A stretch of DNA of 64,000 nucleotides from a virus. The position numbers were made by a program, and so were the translations under genes. The stretch lies in the IMG/VR virus record IMGVR_UViG_3300021490_000001, positions 1 through 64,000 of that record; one strand, written 5' to 3'. This document shows positions 37,745-46,602 of the stretch, one piece after another (position 1 is the first letter of the stretch; the number at the start of each line of letters is the position of its first letter). The notes below the pieces were generated by a model, which was not told the origin of the DNA, searched no databases, and saw only the letters and a program-made list of their open reading frames with translations.

Positions 37745-38955
37745 ACATTTGTATCTTCTATAGCCAAGGCTTTTTTTACTGCCTTTGATCCTTCTTCTCT
37801 TGTTATTAGACCTGCTCTGACTGCTTCTGTTAAGTAGCTGATTTTATAGTTGTTTATTTCTGCTCTTTCTTTTTCGTTGTCAATCGAGAGTGTATTCCAC
37901 CCTAGATCTGGTATATTGAATAATCCTCTTCTTATACAGGCATTAGTGAATATTTGAAGCTCTATGCTTGATGAAACAGTCTGCTGAAGCTGGACTATTT
38001 CTTTTTCTGACTGTTTGATCAAAAATTCGAGAGAGCTTCTATTGAGATTTTTACCTTTAGGTAATAGTGTTTCTTTTGGAACTCTTAGGCAACCGGAAAT
38101 AGAATCAAGTATGTTCTCAAAAATAGGAGTGAAATCAGGGAAGTTCTTCTTTTCACCTATTAGTTTTATCTCTAGGTTATCTGTTGATGAGATAATAGAG
38201 GTTCGCTTAAAATTTTTAAGATCTTTATGTAAGTCTTCTAAGTCTTTTTCTTCTGCTTCTTTTAGTGTTCCATGAAGAGAAGGATTAGAGTACTTGTCTA
38301 TGGCTTCATCTGAGGATTTTTCTGCTGATCGTTTTGAGTATAGTCTATGTAACATTGGTTCTATTAGTCCTATACCATGTATGTTATCCTCAATTGACCA
38401 GAATTTTAAGTGCATTACTTGGTCTGGTCTTAGGATTATCGTTTTACTTTGGTACTTATTTATGGTTTGTTCATATCGAATTATTTTTCCTTTTTTGTCC
38501 CATTTGGGTTCTATCGTATCTGGATTGATATACGCTGTATCTACTATATTATTTCCTGCCCAGATCAATTCTAGATAACCATCTCCATAACCTAATGCAT
38601 CCCCTATTGTTTTTCTAAGATTTGGCTTAAATGTTTTGCTTGTGATTATCTTAGTGCAGATTTCAGACTCTTTTGTAAATGCTGGTCCTGGAACGGTAAA
38701 AAAGCCTGTTCCAAGTATAGCCTGAACTAGTAGATTTATTCCTGTAAATACCATTGGATCCTTGTATCTGTAATACTGAAGATCTTCAAATGGAGCTCGA
38801 TTATAGCTACTAGTTAAAAGATAGCTATTGAAATCTTCTGTATTTTCGCCCATAGAAACATAAGTTCTCTTTTTAGGCAATGGCCTGGGCTTAAATCTAT
38901 TAAACATAATATTGACTTTTTTTGATATATCCCTGTTTAGAGAACTGAGCTTCAT
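37741..38955 (-). CDS. Portal protein
   Basis: DALGYGDGYLEL, INPDTI, QVMHLK...IHGIGLIEP, LRVPKETL. Confidence 0.9.
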   Translation of the reverse strand: MKLSSLNRDISKKVNIMFNRFKPRPLPKKRTYVSMGENTEDFNSYLLTSSYNRAPFEDLQYYRYKDPMVFTGINLLVQAILGTGFFTVPGPAFTKESEICTKIITSKTFKPNLRKTIGDALGYGDGYLELIWAGNNIVDTAYINPDTIEPKWDKKGKIIRYEQTINKYQSKTIILRPDQVMHLKFWSIEDNIHGIGLIEPMLHRLYSKRSAEKSSDEAIDKYSNPSLHGTLKEAEEKDLEDLHKDLKNFKRTSIISSTDNLEIKLIGEKKNFPDFTPIFENILDSISGCLRVPKETLLPKGKNLNRSSLEFLIKQSEKEIVQLQQTVSSSIELQIFTNACIRRGLFNIPDLGWNTLSIDNEKERAEINNYKISYLTEAVRAGLITREEGSKAVKKALAIEDTNV

Positions 38956-38963
38956 AGATAAAT

Positions 38964-38983
38964 TAAGAAGTGTTGGTTATTTA
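38964..38983 (-). promoter_or_regulatory. Late promoter motif TAAATAACCAACACTTCTTA (copy 2), probably driving a leaderless portal mRNA
   Basis: Identical to 25762-25781; TATA-like part about 25 nt upstream of ATG, no SD. Confidence 0.65.
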
Positions 38984-38990
38984 ATTGTTG

Positions 38991-40511
38991 TTATTTATAT
39001 AGTAATGCGATCGAATCAAAACGAGGTATCCTATCTGTTGAATCATTGTTCATTATTACCTTTATTCGTGGATATCTTCCAGCATTGATTATAGTATGAA
39101 CTTCTTTTAGATTGACTGATTCCCATATGTTTGATGCAGTGAATGCAACATAGAATTTACAATTATCTGTTTTATAATCTGCATTTGTCTTTATCATGCA
39201 TTCTGTTGGTGTAAAGCTTAATACAGAACTTGGTGAAATCCAAGTGCCTGTGCTTCCAGAAATTACAGCTAATTCTGTTTTTTCATTGTTGTTGCTAGTT
39301 ATATTTGTAACATTAGAACTTGATGGATCTATATCACTACTTGAATCAAAGGTATAATTGATCGAATATTGCATTCCCTCTTCTTGAATATCCTTAAGGG
39401 CTCCTTTTGCTTTATCATTTAATTCCAATATGCTCGTACTTAAATCACTTGGTCTCTGGGCATAATTAAATGAAGTAAGCAATCCCTGTTCATTGAGTGT
39501 TGTTGTAAATGAGACTATATCTTTCCATCCATTTACTCCATCATAAGGTGAGACTACTCTGAGTTCATAACCGGGTATTTGATTAACTAATCCAATACAT
39601 CTTCCGCGTCCCATATTTTTTTCAGCACTTAATTCATTTAGTCTTTGAGTTGCCCTTACTATTAGCTGTTCATTAGTATAAGCTAAATTATCGTTATATA
39701 TATCTTCCTTGTCGCTTGATCCGGTAGATACAGTAGTTAAATTTGGCAATCCATCGATTCTTGCTCCTGATGCATATATCTTATTTCGGATAGTCGTTGA
39801 ATCGAATATATTATTCAAAGAGATTAAATTCATTGCATATGCAACATATTCTGTACTATTTTGCCTTCCTGCTCCTGTTTTCTTAAAGAAGTAAAAATCC
39901 TTGAATGTATTTCCTTTGAGGAATAAATAACATCCACAATACTCAGCTACAGTCCGTAGGCAGTCCATAACAGACTGACCAACGAATTTAGGGGCTAAAG
40001 TATCCGCGATAGCATCTACATTCGTATATGTAAATCCTGTAGTGTAGGTATCTATTATATCCTTTATGATATAATCTCCTGTCTGTGCGCTTGTATAGCT
40101 CTTCCAGACGAAGATCTTATGCAGGTCATAGGTATAATCATAGCTAGTTAAAGTTACGAATCTACCACTTGTGCTTAGATCTAGAGAATATTTTTTGACG
40201 GTTCCTTCGAACTGTTGAGTTGTCGCATCCTGGAAATCATAATAGATTTTAATCACTGCATCATTTTCTATCTTGTCTGTAAAGTAGCCATTCTTGTTGA
40301 CTAAGACCACATTAGATGACCATGATCTAGCGTCTGCATTAGCGGATACGCTAATTGATTTGACATAATCTGAAATGTCCGTTAATGTGGAATCTATCAT
40401 CAGCTCTACTTTTCTATATGGTCTATAGTATTCACCTGGAACGAATACTCTTCCATCTACTGATTTCTTTATAGGGCTTGAACTTATTGAATTAACTGCC
40501 ATTACCAACAA
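38991..40511 (-). CDS. Baseplate hub / tail tip protein (gpD/Tal-like); start probably MAVNS 40502
   Basis: DISDYV, QFEGTV, IIKDII, DCLRTVAE, IRNKIYASG, PGYELRV pattern; downstream of the tape measure. Confidence 0.7.
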   Translation of the reverse strand: MLVMAVNSISSSPIKKSVDGRVFVPGEYYRPYRKVELMIDSTLTDISDYVKSISVSANADARSWSSNVVLVNKNGYFTDKIENDAVIKIYYDFQDATTQQFEGTVKKYSLDLSTSGRFVTLTSYDYTYDLHKIFVWKSYTSAQTGDYIIKDIIDTYTTGFTYTNVDAIADTLAPKFVGQSVMDCLRTVAEYCGCYLFLKGNTFKDFYFFKKTGAGRQNSTEYVAYAMNLISLNNIFDSTTIRNKIYASGARIDGLPNLTTVSTGSSDKEDIYNDNLAYTNEQLIVRATQRLNELSAEKNMGRGRCIGLVNQIPGYELRVVSPYDGVNGWKDIVSFTTTLNEQGLLTSFNYAQRPSDLSTSILELNDKAKGALKDIQEEGMQYSINYTFDSSSDIDPSSSNVTNITSNNNEKTELAVISGSTGTWISPSSVLSFTPTECMIKTNADYKTDNCKFYVAFTASNIWESVNLKEVHTIINAGRYPRIKVIMNNDSTDRIPRFDSIALLYK

Positions 40512-43500
40512 CTCACACAGTCACTGCAACAGGCTGATATGTTGTAGGTTATATCAGGATAGGTTCCACCTGCTGTACAGCTAAAATAATCTCTCCACAA
40601 CCATAAGCCATTTGAATCTAAGGAGTCTAATGTTAAGTATCGAGTCAGAGTTTCAGTTAGCAATCCTCCGTCATTCTTAGAGCTTGTATTGCTTATTGTT
40701 TCATTGATACATGAGTTTGGCTGGGTATCGAATCTGATTGCATAATCCGCTCTATGCGTGCTAAGAGATGATATGTTCATTATAGGGATGCTCGATGTCT
40801 GACCAAATGGAGTCACATTTTTTGAGTTGCTAGTTAGAGGCATATAATCTATATTTTCGATTAATCTTGGAAGAGTAACATCGAAATTGCTCCAAATAAT
40901 CTTTGCTGTGTGAGAATTATTGCTGGCATAGTAATTAACATTGCCATCAAAGTGGGCGGTTATAGTTACATTATCATCCCCATAATAAGATATGTTCAAG
41001 TTAGATAAAGTTACATTGCCCCAATAGTTAGCAGTGATGTTTAGAGGGATATCTACATTTTTTTCGTTTTTGTTATCCACATAATCTTGGAATTTAGTTT
41101 CATTCAATTCTATTGGATTATAGGTATAATTTATTTGGATATCTGAATATGTTAGATACCCAGGAGTTAAAGATGAAAAGACAATGGGAATATTGCATGC
41201 TGGTGATTCGCAGTTATTGGAGTTGATATATTGTTGTATACTTGTGGCATTTAGATCTATGTTTTTAGAATCATTAAAATCACCAGACATAGAATATTCT
41301 ATGTCTTCGTCTGCTCCTATATTGATTGTCACATTAGAAGGATATGATTTGGTATAGGTGTACTTATGAATCACATTATTTGCGTAATCACTGACATAAA
41401 AATAATCACCATCATTTTCGATACCAGATATTTTATATGTAGTAATCGAGCCAAAGCAGGAATCAGTTTCACTTAGATTAGATGTATAATATCTGGAGAT
41501 TCCTGTACCATAATCATTACTTTGGGTATAGATATAGTTATTAGATTCAAATGTGCCATAGGTTAGATATGCAGGTAATCTATCACTATTTAGTCTCCAT
41601 ACATTTTGATATGTGATTTCCGTTCCATCAACATTTCTTTTGGTAAGTTGGAAATACGTAAACATATGATATATTTCATTAAACTCCATTAAATATAGAT
41701 AACCATCATCTCCATATTCTATATCATAGAGTAGTCTTGGAGCTGTAAATAGTTCTTTGATGTATGTTCCATTTTTCCATAGTAAATGTGTTTTATTTGT
41801 TGATGTTTCAGTTATAAAATAATGTGTGCCATTACTTGTAATTCCATAGGCACCGTCTATTGTACTATTGAAGCTAGTTTGATAAGTTCCATCAGTATTG
41901 TATTCAAAGACGATTCCATTATCCCCTACAATTTGGATCCTACCAGTGGAATCGAGATTCATACCACGAGGAGTACCTACCCTAGAGATATCAAATGAGT
42001 CATTGATATTTGTTCCAATAGGGGCTTCAGCTCCAGTTAAAGTCAAATTAGATGTTTCTATTGTTGCATCTTTAGACATTCGAATATATCGAATACTTGA
42101 TTGAAATTCATTAACAAGCATGGCTTCTGTTTCATGATAAGTAGAGTCTTTGAGATTATATTGATAGCTATAATTCTCAGTTAAGTAGCCTGGTAGCTCT
42201 ATGTCAGCAATCGAATCATTATTATAATCTACATTTAGATCTAAACGATAATAAGAAAATACACCATTTTGGGGTGCAATATGCAACCCCAATTCAAAAT
42301 TAATTATTTCATAGTCTAAAAAATTATATAGTATAATAGGCTTTGGAAATGTATTGCTAGTCCATCCAGATTCAAATCGAGTATCTCGTTCCCAACAAGT
42401 ACCATTCCACTGATAAACTTGAAAGGTTGTTCTGGAAGTTGTTATAATTCTGCTAATTTCTAGTCCTTCTATACTTTTAAATGTCTCAGAATTTTGATAT
42501 AAATAACTATCAGATGAAGGTAAACCACAAACTTTAGTTGTATCCTCAATCCAAGTAGATCCATTATAGTAGTAGTTTCTATATCCTACAGCATCCGCAT
42601 TATATGAACTAGTCATCATTGTCCAATTATTTTCATTGTATAAGTTATAATCTACATTAGCAGCAGTTACCCATAATCTATCATGTATTCCGCTAAAGAT
42701 AGAATTATTAACGTTCCATCCAGTTCCATTCCATGTATAACCAGACCAATTTCCAGTATACAAACCAACAAATAAATGAGTATTTCCATCACCAGAAAAA
42801 TTAAAGTTAAATTCCGGATTAATCCATTTTTCTGGATTATATAGCCCATTAACCAGCGTTGAATTTTCTTCCCAACAAGTACCATTCCATTGATAACCAA
42901 TATATGAATCAGAATCATAATGAGCTAATATTAATGTCCATTTTTCGTTCCCTGAGAAATTATACATTATATCTCCAGCATCATATGAATCTTCAGGTAC
43001 TCCGCATCCAAATGTTTCGTTTAATTCCCATTTTTTAAATCTAAGATGCGTATTACCACTTATATTAATATATGCAGATTTAATTTGAGAGTAATTACTT
43101 AAAGTAAACCATGCTGTATCATTCTCAAATTCATCACTTATAAATTCAGTAGTTGAATCATTAAACTCATCTAATGTTGCATCTGTAGTCCAATTATATT
43201 CCACAGTTCCATTTGAGCAGATATAGTCATCACCGTAATTCGTAGAATCGATATCAAGGCAAATTGTCTCATTGATAAGGTCTCCAGTAGAATTTGTTAT
43301 ATTTGCTTTGAGTTCTGCCACATGACCTAATTCATAATATCTATCCTGGCTTAATCCATTTAGATATAGCGTACTCACTGAATTATTTGGTATTAGTTGT
43401 TGAACGGTCGTAGTCATATTAGACTTGCTTGTGTTTTCAGTTCCATCTCCTGCCCAGAATTCTGCTGTCAGGTTATCCCAATAAGTATAATTTCCATACC

Positions 43501-46249
43501 CAAGAGTTGCGATTAGTGTGTTTGTGTTGTTGGTAACTTCTGTTGAATATATTCCGCCGACTTGTGCATCGTTCTTGTAGAATTGAACATATCCTGTTAA
43601 TGTATCTCCGCTGCTCGGGTCTGTAATTGTCAAATTTACCAACCAATCTGTGTTGTTGTAGACCGTGTCTGGACTTGTGGCATTTGCTATAATTGTCGGT
43701 GGAGTATTAACCGTAAAATATTGGGTTGTTTCATTCATATTTCCTGCTGTGTCATTTGCATAAATTGTAATGTTATTTAGTCCTTCTATTGCAATTATTG
43801 TTGTGTTTGATATCCCATTGAATCCATAGAAAACACCATAAGATTCTCCTGCAATAAGATACCAAATACCACTTTTTTGAAATACTGTTGGAGCTGCATT
43901 CCCTCCAATGTCAGGAAGATTATCCACAATTTTATTATCTGATTGCCATTGTGTTCCTGTCCAATTATAACCAATAAAATTGCCTACATATTGTCCAACA
44001 ATTAAATACCATGTATCGTCTTTATAAAATACATCAGGCGAATTTCCATTCCCACCAGACAGACCGTTTATAATTCCTGTATCGTTTTGCCATTCACTTC
44101 CTACCCACTTAAAACCATAAAATACGTTATTATTTCCTGAAATTAAATACCATGTTCCATCTTTTTGAAAAACAGTAGGTTTTACTGTGGTTAATGAGGG
44201 AATTGTGAGACCCGTAATAATAGCAGAATCAGATTGCCATGTTGAACCTGTCCAATTATAACCACTAAAATGTGTTGAGTATTTTCCTACAATAAGATAC
44301 CAATTGTCATTTTTTTGAAATATTGTTGGGTTTGAATTCATTCCAACATCGCCAAGACCTGATACTATTGCTGAATCAGACTGCCAAGTTGAGCCAGTCC
44401 AGTTGTAGCCATTGAAAACGCCATCCATTTCACCTGCAATAAGATACCATGTTCCGTCTTTTTGAAAGACTGTTGGTACTGACTTGTCGCCAACATCGCC
44501 AAGACCTGATGTTATTGATGAATCGGACTGCCATTTGTTCGGAAAGCTAATATTACTTCCACCATTCAAACTATATGCTATCCAATCTAAACTTTCATCA
44601 GTACTCCAATTTAAATCAATATCCGTATAATTATAGGTAATATTTTCCGGAGAATCAATTGTTATTGTTGGGGGGGTGTTGTCATGTGTTTCTTCTTCTC
44701 CGAAATAGTAAGTCGGTTCTGCTGTTGTATATAATGCTCGTAATTCAGATGCAGAAAGAGTTCTATGATATATTCTAAGCTCTTCTAAACTTCCCTTTAA
44801 ATAGTCACTAGTGTCTTGTTTTTTCCCTATTTGCAATTTGTATGAATCTCCATCCTGTCTTATTTTTCCAGTGTGAGAATAAGAACCCTGAGGAATACCA
44901 TCTAAGTAATTGTATCCAATATCATTAGTATCATCGAAAGTAAAAGATAATAAATGCCAGTCATTATCAAACCATGATCCATTACTTAAACCGCCGCGAA
45001 CTCCACCCGTGTTTTCCCATTGGATAGCCATTTTATGATCAACATTATACCATCTAATCCAAAAGTTATAGTGTCCAGAGGAATACCATGAAGATAAAAA
45101 ATGATTGTAGTGTGAAGTATCGCTTAATTTTGTCCAAAAAGTCACTGTCCAATTGTTTGTATTTAACATATTTGATATTGAACAAAGAGTTATGAGATCA
45201 TTTCCATCGAAACTATATGCGCCATTCGAATCTCCTCTCCAACCAGTTGAAAGTGTTGCCCCGCTTACTGCACCGTTGCAGCTGCCCACCCTATCTATTG
45301 CATCACCATCGAAAGTGTAAAAATTCTTTATGTCTTCACCGAGCGTTTTATCTGCATCACTTGTAGTTTCAGCACTATCATTCCCATAATACATATAGAT
45401 TGTTGTGTTTGAAGTGTTCGATATTTCAGGGACTTTAACCCAAACAATTGCGTTTGTGCTTGAAACAGTCTTTTCAATCCAGTAGTCTACTTCCTGCTCT
45501 GTTGTATCATTAAGCCAGGTAAATCGCAGGTCTTTGAAAGTTGAATTCATCTTGCCTGAAACGTAATCAACATCCAATTTCAACTGATAATTGTTGGATA
45601 CATTCAGTCCTGTCCCGTTAATCTGAATTTTTTTTCTGTAAGCAAAGGATGAGTTAAACCATGTGGGGTCAAATAATCTTACATTATATGTTTCATCATT
45701 AGAATTTATCCTGTATTTAACAGTCAGCTTGCCAACATCTCTCCATTTGTATTTGTATATCCTGGAATAATAATTTCCTTCATCCCATTCAACTTTCATT
45801 TTATGGCCAAAACTTTGTGGACTTTTTATATCATTTATTGTTTCTCCTGTATAAAGCAAATCTGTTACATCATATTGCAGTATCTTACCTATTGCATTAT
45901 GCACTTGTATCCTATGCTCTACAGGAAACAATTCTACATCTGTAGTATTCGTTAGAAATTTATATGTTTCATTTACGGTTATGTTCTGCTTATAAAGAAC
46001 ATTGCGCTTTATGATTGTATAATCGCCATCGGATGAGTTTATTACTTCTCGATATTTGGCTCTCATTTTCTTAGTTCCATCGAATAGATTAACCCATTCA
46101 GTTCCGCTTACAACCCATTGCTCATTTTCCCAAACCTTGAAAATAGATTTGGTTGGCTGTATATCTATTCTAACTGAATCTGGCAACATAATGTAAATAC
46201 TGCAAGTCAGTATTACTAAAATCAATAGTCCTATATGATATTTTTTCAA
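40502..46249 (-). CDS. Giant signal-anchored adhesin-like glycoprotein (DUF2341, LamG/concanavalin, Ig-like, propeller-type repeats), 1915 aa
   Basis: MKKYHIGLLILVILTCSIYIML; DLRFT...YWIE...VWVKVP...IYMYYGN (DUF2341); GSLEELRIYHRTLS (LamG); PTVFQKDGTWYLIAG repeats; many N-x-S/T. Confidence 0.85.
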   Translation of the reverse strand: MKKYHIGLLILVILTCSIYIMLPDSVRIDIQPTKSIFKVWENEQWVVSGTEWVNLFDGTKKMRAKYREVINSSDGDYTIIKRNVLYKQNITVNETYKFLTNTTDVELFPVEHRIQVHNAIGKILQYDVTDLLYTGETINDIKSPQSFGHKMKVEWDEGNYYSRIYKYKWRDVGKLTVKYRINSNDETYNVRLFDPTWFNSSFAYRKKIQINGTGLNVSNNYQLKLDVDYVSGKMNSTFKDLRFTWLNDTTEQEVDYWIEKTVSSTNAIVWVKVPEISNTSNTTIYMYYGNDSAETTSDADKTLGEDIKNFYTFDGDAIDRVGSCNGAVSGATLSTGWRGDSNGAYSFDGNDLITLCSISNMLNTNNWTVTFWTKLSDTSHYNHFLSSWYSSGHYNFWIRWYNVDHKMAIQWENTGGVRGGLSNGSWFDNDWHLLSFTFDDTNDIGYNYLDGIPQGSYSHTGKIRQDGDSYKLQIGKKQDTSDYLKGSLEELRIYHRTLSASELRALYTTAEPTYYFGEEETHDNTPPTITIDSPENITYNYTDIDLNWSTDESLDWIAYSLNGGSNISFPNKWQSDSSITSGLGDVGDKSVPTVFQKDGTWYLIAGEMDGVFNGYNWTGSTWQSDSAIVSGLGDVGMNSNPTIFQKNDNWYLIVGKYSTHFSGYNWTGSTWQSDSAIITGLTIPSLTTVKPTVFQKDGTWYLISGNNNVFYGFKWVGSEWQNDTGIINGLSGGNGNSPDVFYKDDTWYLIVGQYVGNFIGYNWTGTQWQSDNKIVDNLPDIGGNAAPTVFQKSGIWYLIAGESYGVFYGFNGISNTTIIAIEGLNNITIYANDTAGNMNETTQYFTVNTPPTIIANATSPDTVYNNTDWLVNLTITDPSSGDTLTGYVQFYKNDAQVGGIYSTEVTNNTNTLIATLGYGNYTYWDNLTAEFWAGDGTENTSKSNMTTTVQQLIPNNSVSTLYLNGLSQDRYYELGHVAELKANITNSTGDLINETICLDIDSTNYGDDYICSNGTVEYNWTTDATLDEFNDSTTEFISDEFENDTAWFTLSNYSQIKSAYINISGNTHLRFKKWELNETFGCGVPEDSYDAGDIMYNFSGNEKWTLILAHYDSDSYIGYQWNGTCWEENSTLVNGLYNPEKWINPEFNFNFSGDGNTHLFVGLYTGNWSGYTWNGTGWNVNNSIFSGIHDRLWVTAANVDYNLYNENNWTMMTSSYNADAVGYRNYYYNGSTWIEDTTKVCGLPSSDSYLYQNSETFKSIEGLEISRIITTSRTTFQVYQWNGTCWERDTRFESGWTSNTFPKPIILYNFLDYEIINFELGLHIAPQNGVFSYYRLDLNVDYNNDSIADIELPGYLTENYSYQYNLKDSTYHETEAMLVNEFQSSIRYIRMSKDATIETSNLTLTGAEAPIGTNINDSFDISRVGTPRGMNLDSTGRIQIVGDNGIVFEYNTDGTYQTSFNSTIDGAYGITSNGTHYFITETSTNKTHLLWKNGTYIKELFTAPRLLYDIEYGDDGYLYLMEFNEIYHMFTYFQLTKRNVDGTEITYQNVWRLNSDRLPAYLTYGTFESNNYIYTQSNDYGTGISRYYTSNLSETDSCFGSITTYKISGIENDGDYFYVSDYANNVIHKYTYTKSYPSNVTINIGADEDIEYSMSGDFNDSKNIDLNATSIQQYINSNNCESPACNIPIVFSSLTPGYLTYSDIQINYTYNPIELNETKFQDYVDNKNEKNVDIPLNITANYWGNVTLSNLNISYYGDDNVTITAHFDGNVNYYASNNSHTAKIIWSNFDVTLPRLIENIDYMPLTSNSKNVTPFGQTSSIPIMNISSLSTHRADYAIRFDTQPNSCINETISNTSSKNDGGLLTETLTRYLTLDSLDSNGLWLWRDYFSCTAGGTYPDITYNISACCSDCVSCW

Positions 46250-46602
46250 GTGATCACCTTAAGTATGATTGTAAAGTCCCTGAATGTAGCATGCGTATCA
46301 GCATTATGAGGTATATTAACCGATTCAACTTGGACAGTCAGGTCTCCATTATCTGTATCATTATAGCTTACTGAATCGAGGCTGTCAGCATATCCCTTAA
46401 GCGTAGCCATATCAGCTTCTCGATTGGCTCCAAATAATCTTCCTTTGAGCGTTATTACATTGCTCATTACTGATACTACCTGTGTCTGTGGTGCTGTCCT
46501 TCCTGGAATAGGTTGAGCCGGGACTAATTTCTTATTTGGCCTGTCTACTATATTACAATATAAACTTACTGAACCTAGTGTTACTGATGTGATCCTTGTC
46601 AT
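46246..46602 (-). CDS. Putative distal tail protein
   Basis: Directly after the tape measure; IPGR...VITLKG pattern. Confidence 0.55.
   Translation of the reverse strand: MTRITSVTLGSVSLYCNIVDRPNKKLVPAQPIPGRTAPQTQVVSVMSNVITLKGRLFGANREADMATLKGYADSLDSVSYNDTDNGDLTVQVESVNIPHNADTHATFRDFTIILKVIT

Noticed and set aside
14629-46249. Diversity-generating retroelement targeting the adhesins
   Set aside because: No reverse transcriptase and no TR/VR pair differing only at adenines was seen; repeats are ordinary coding repeats
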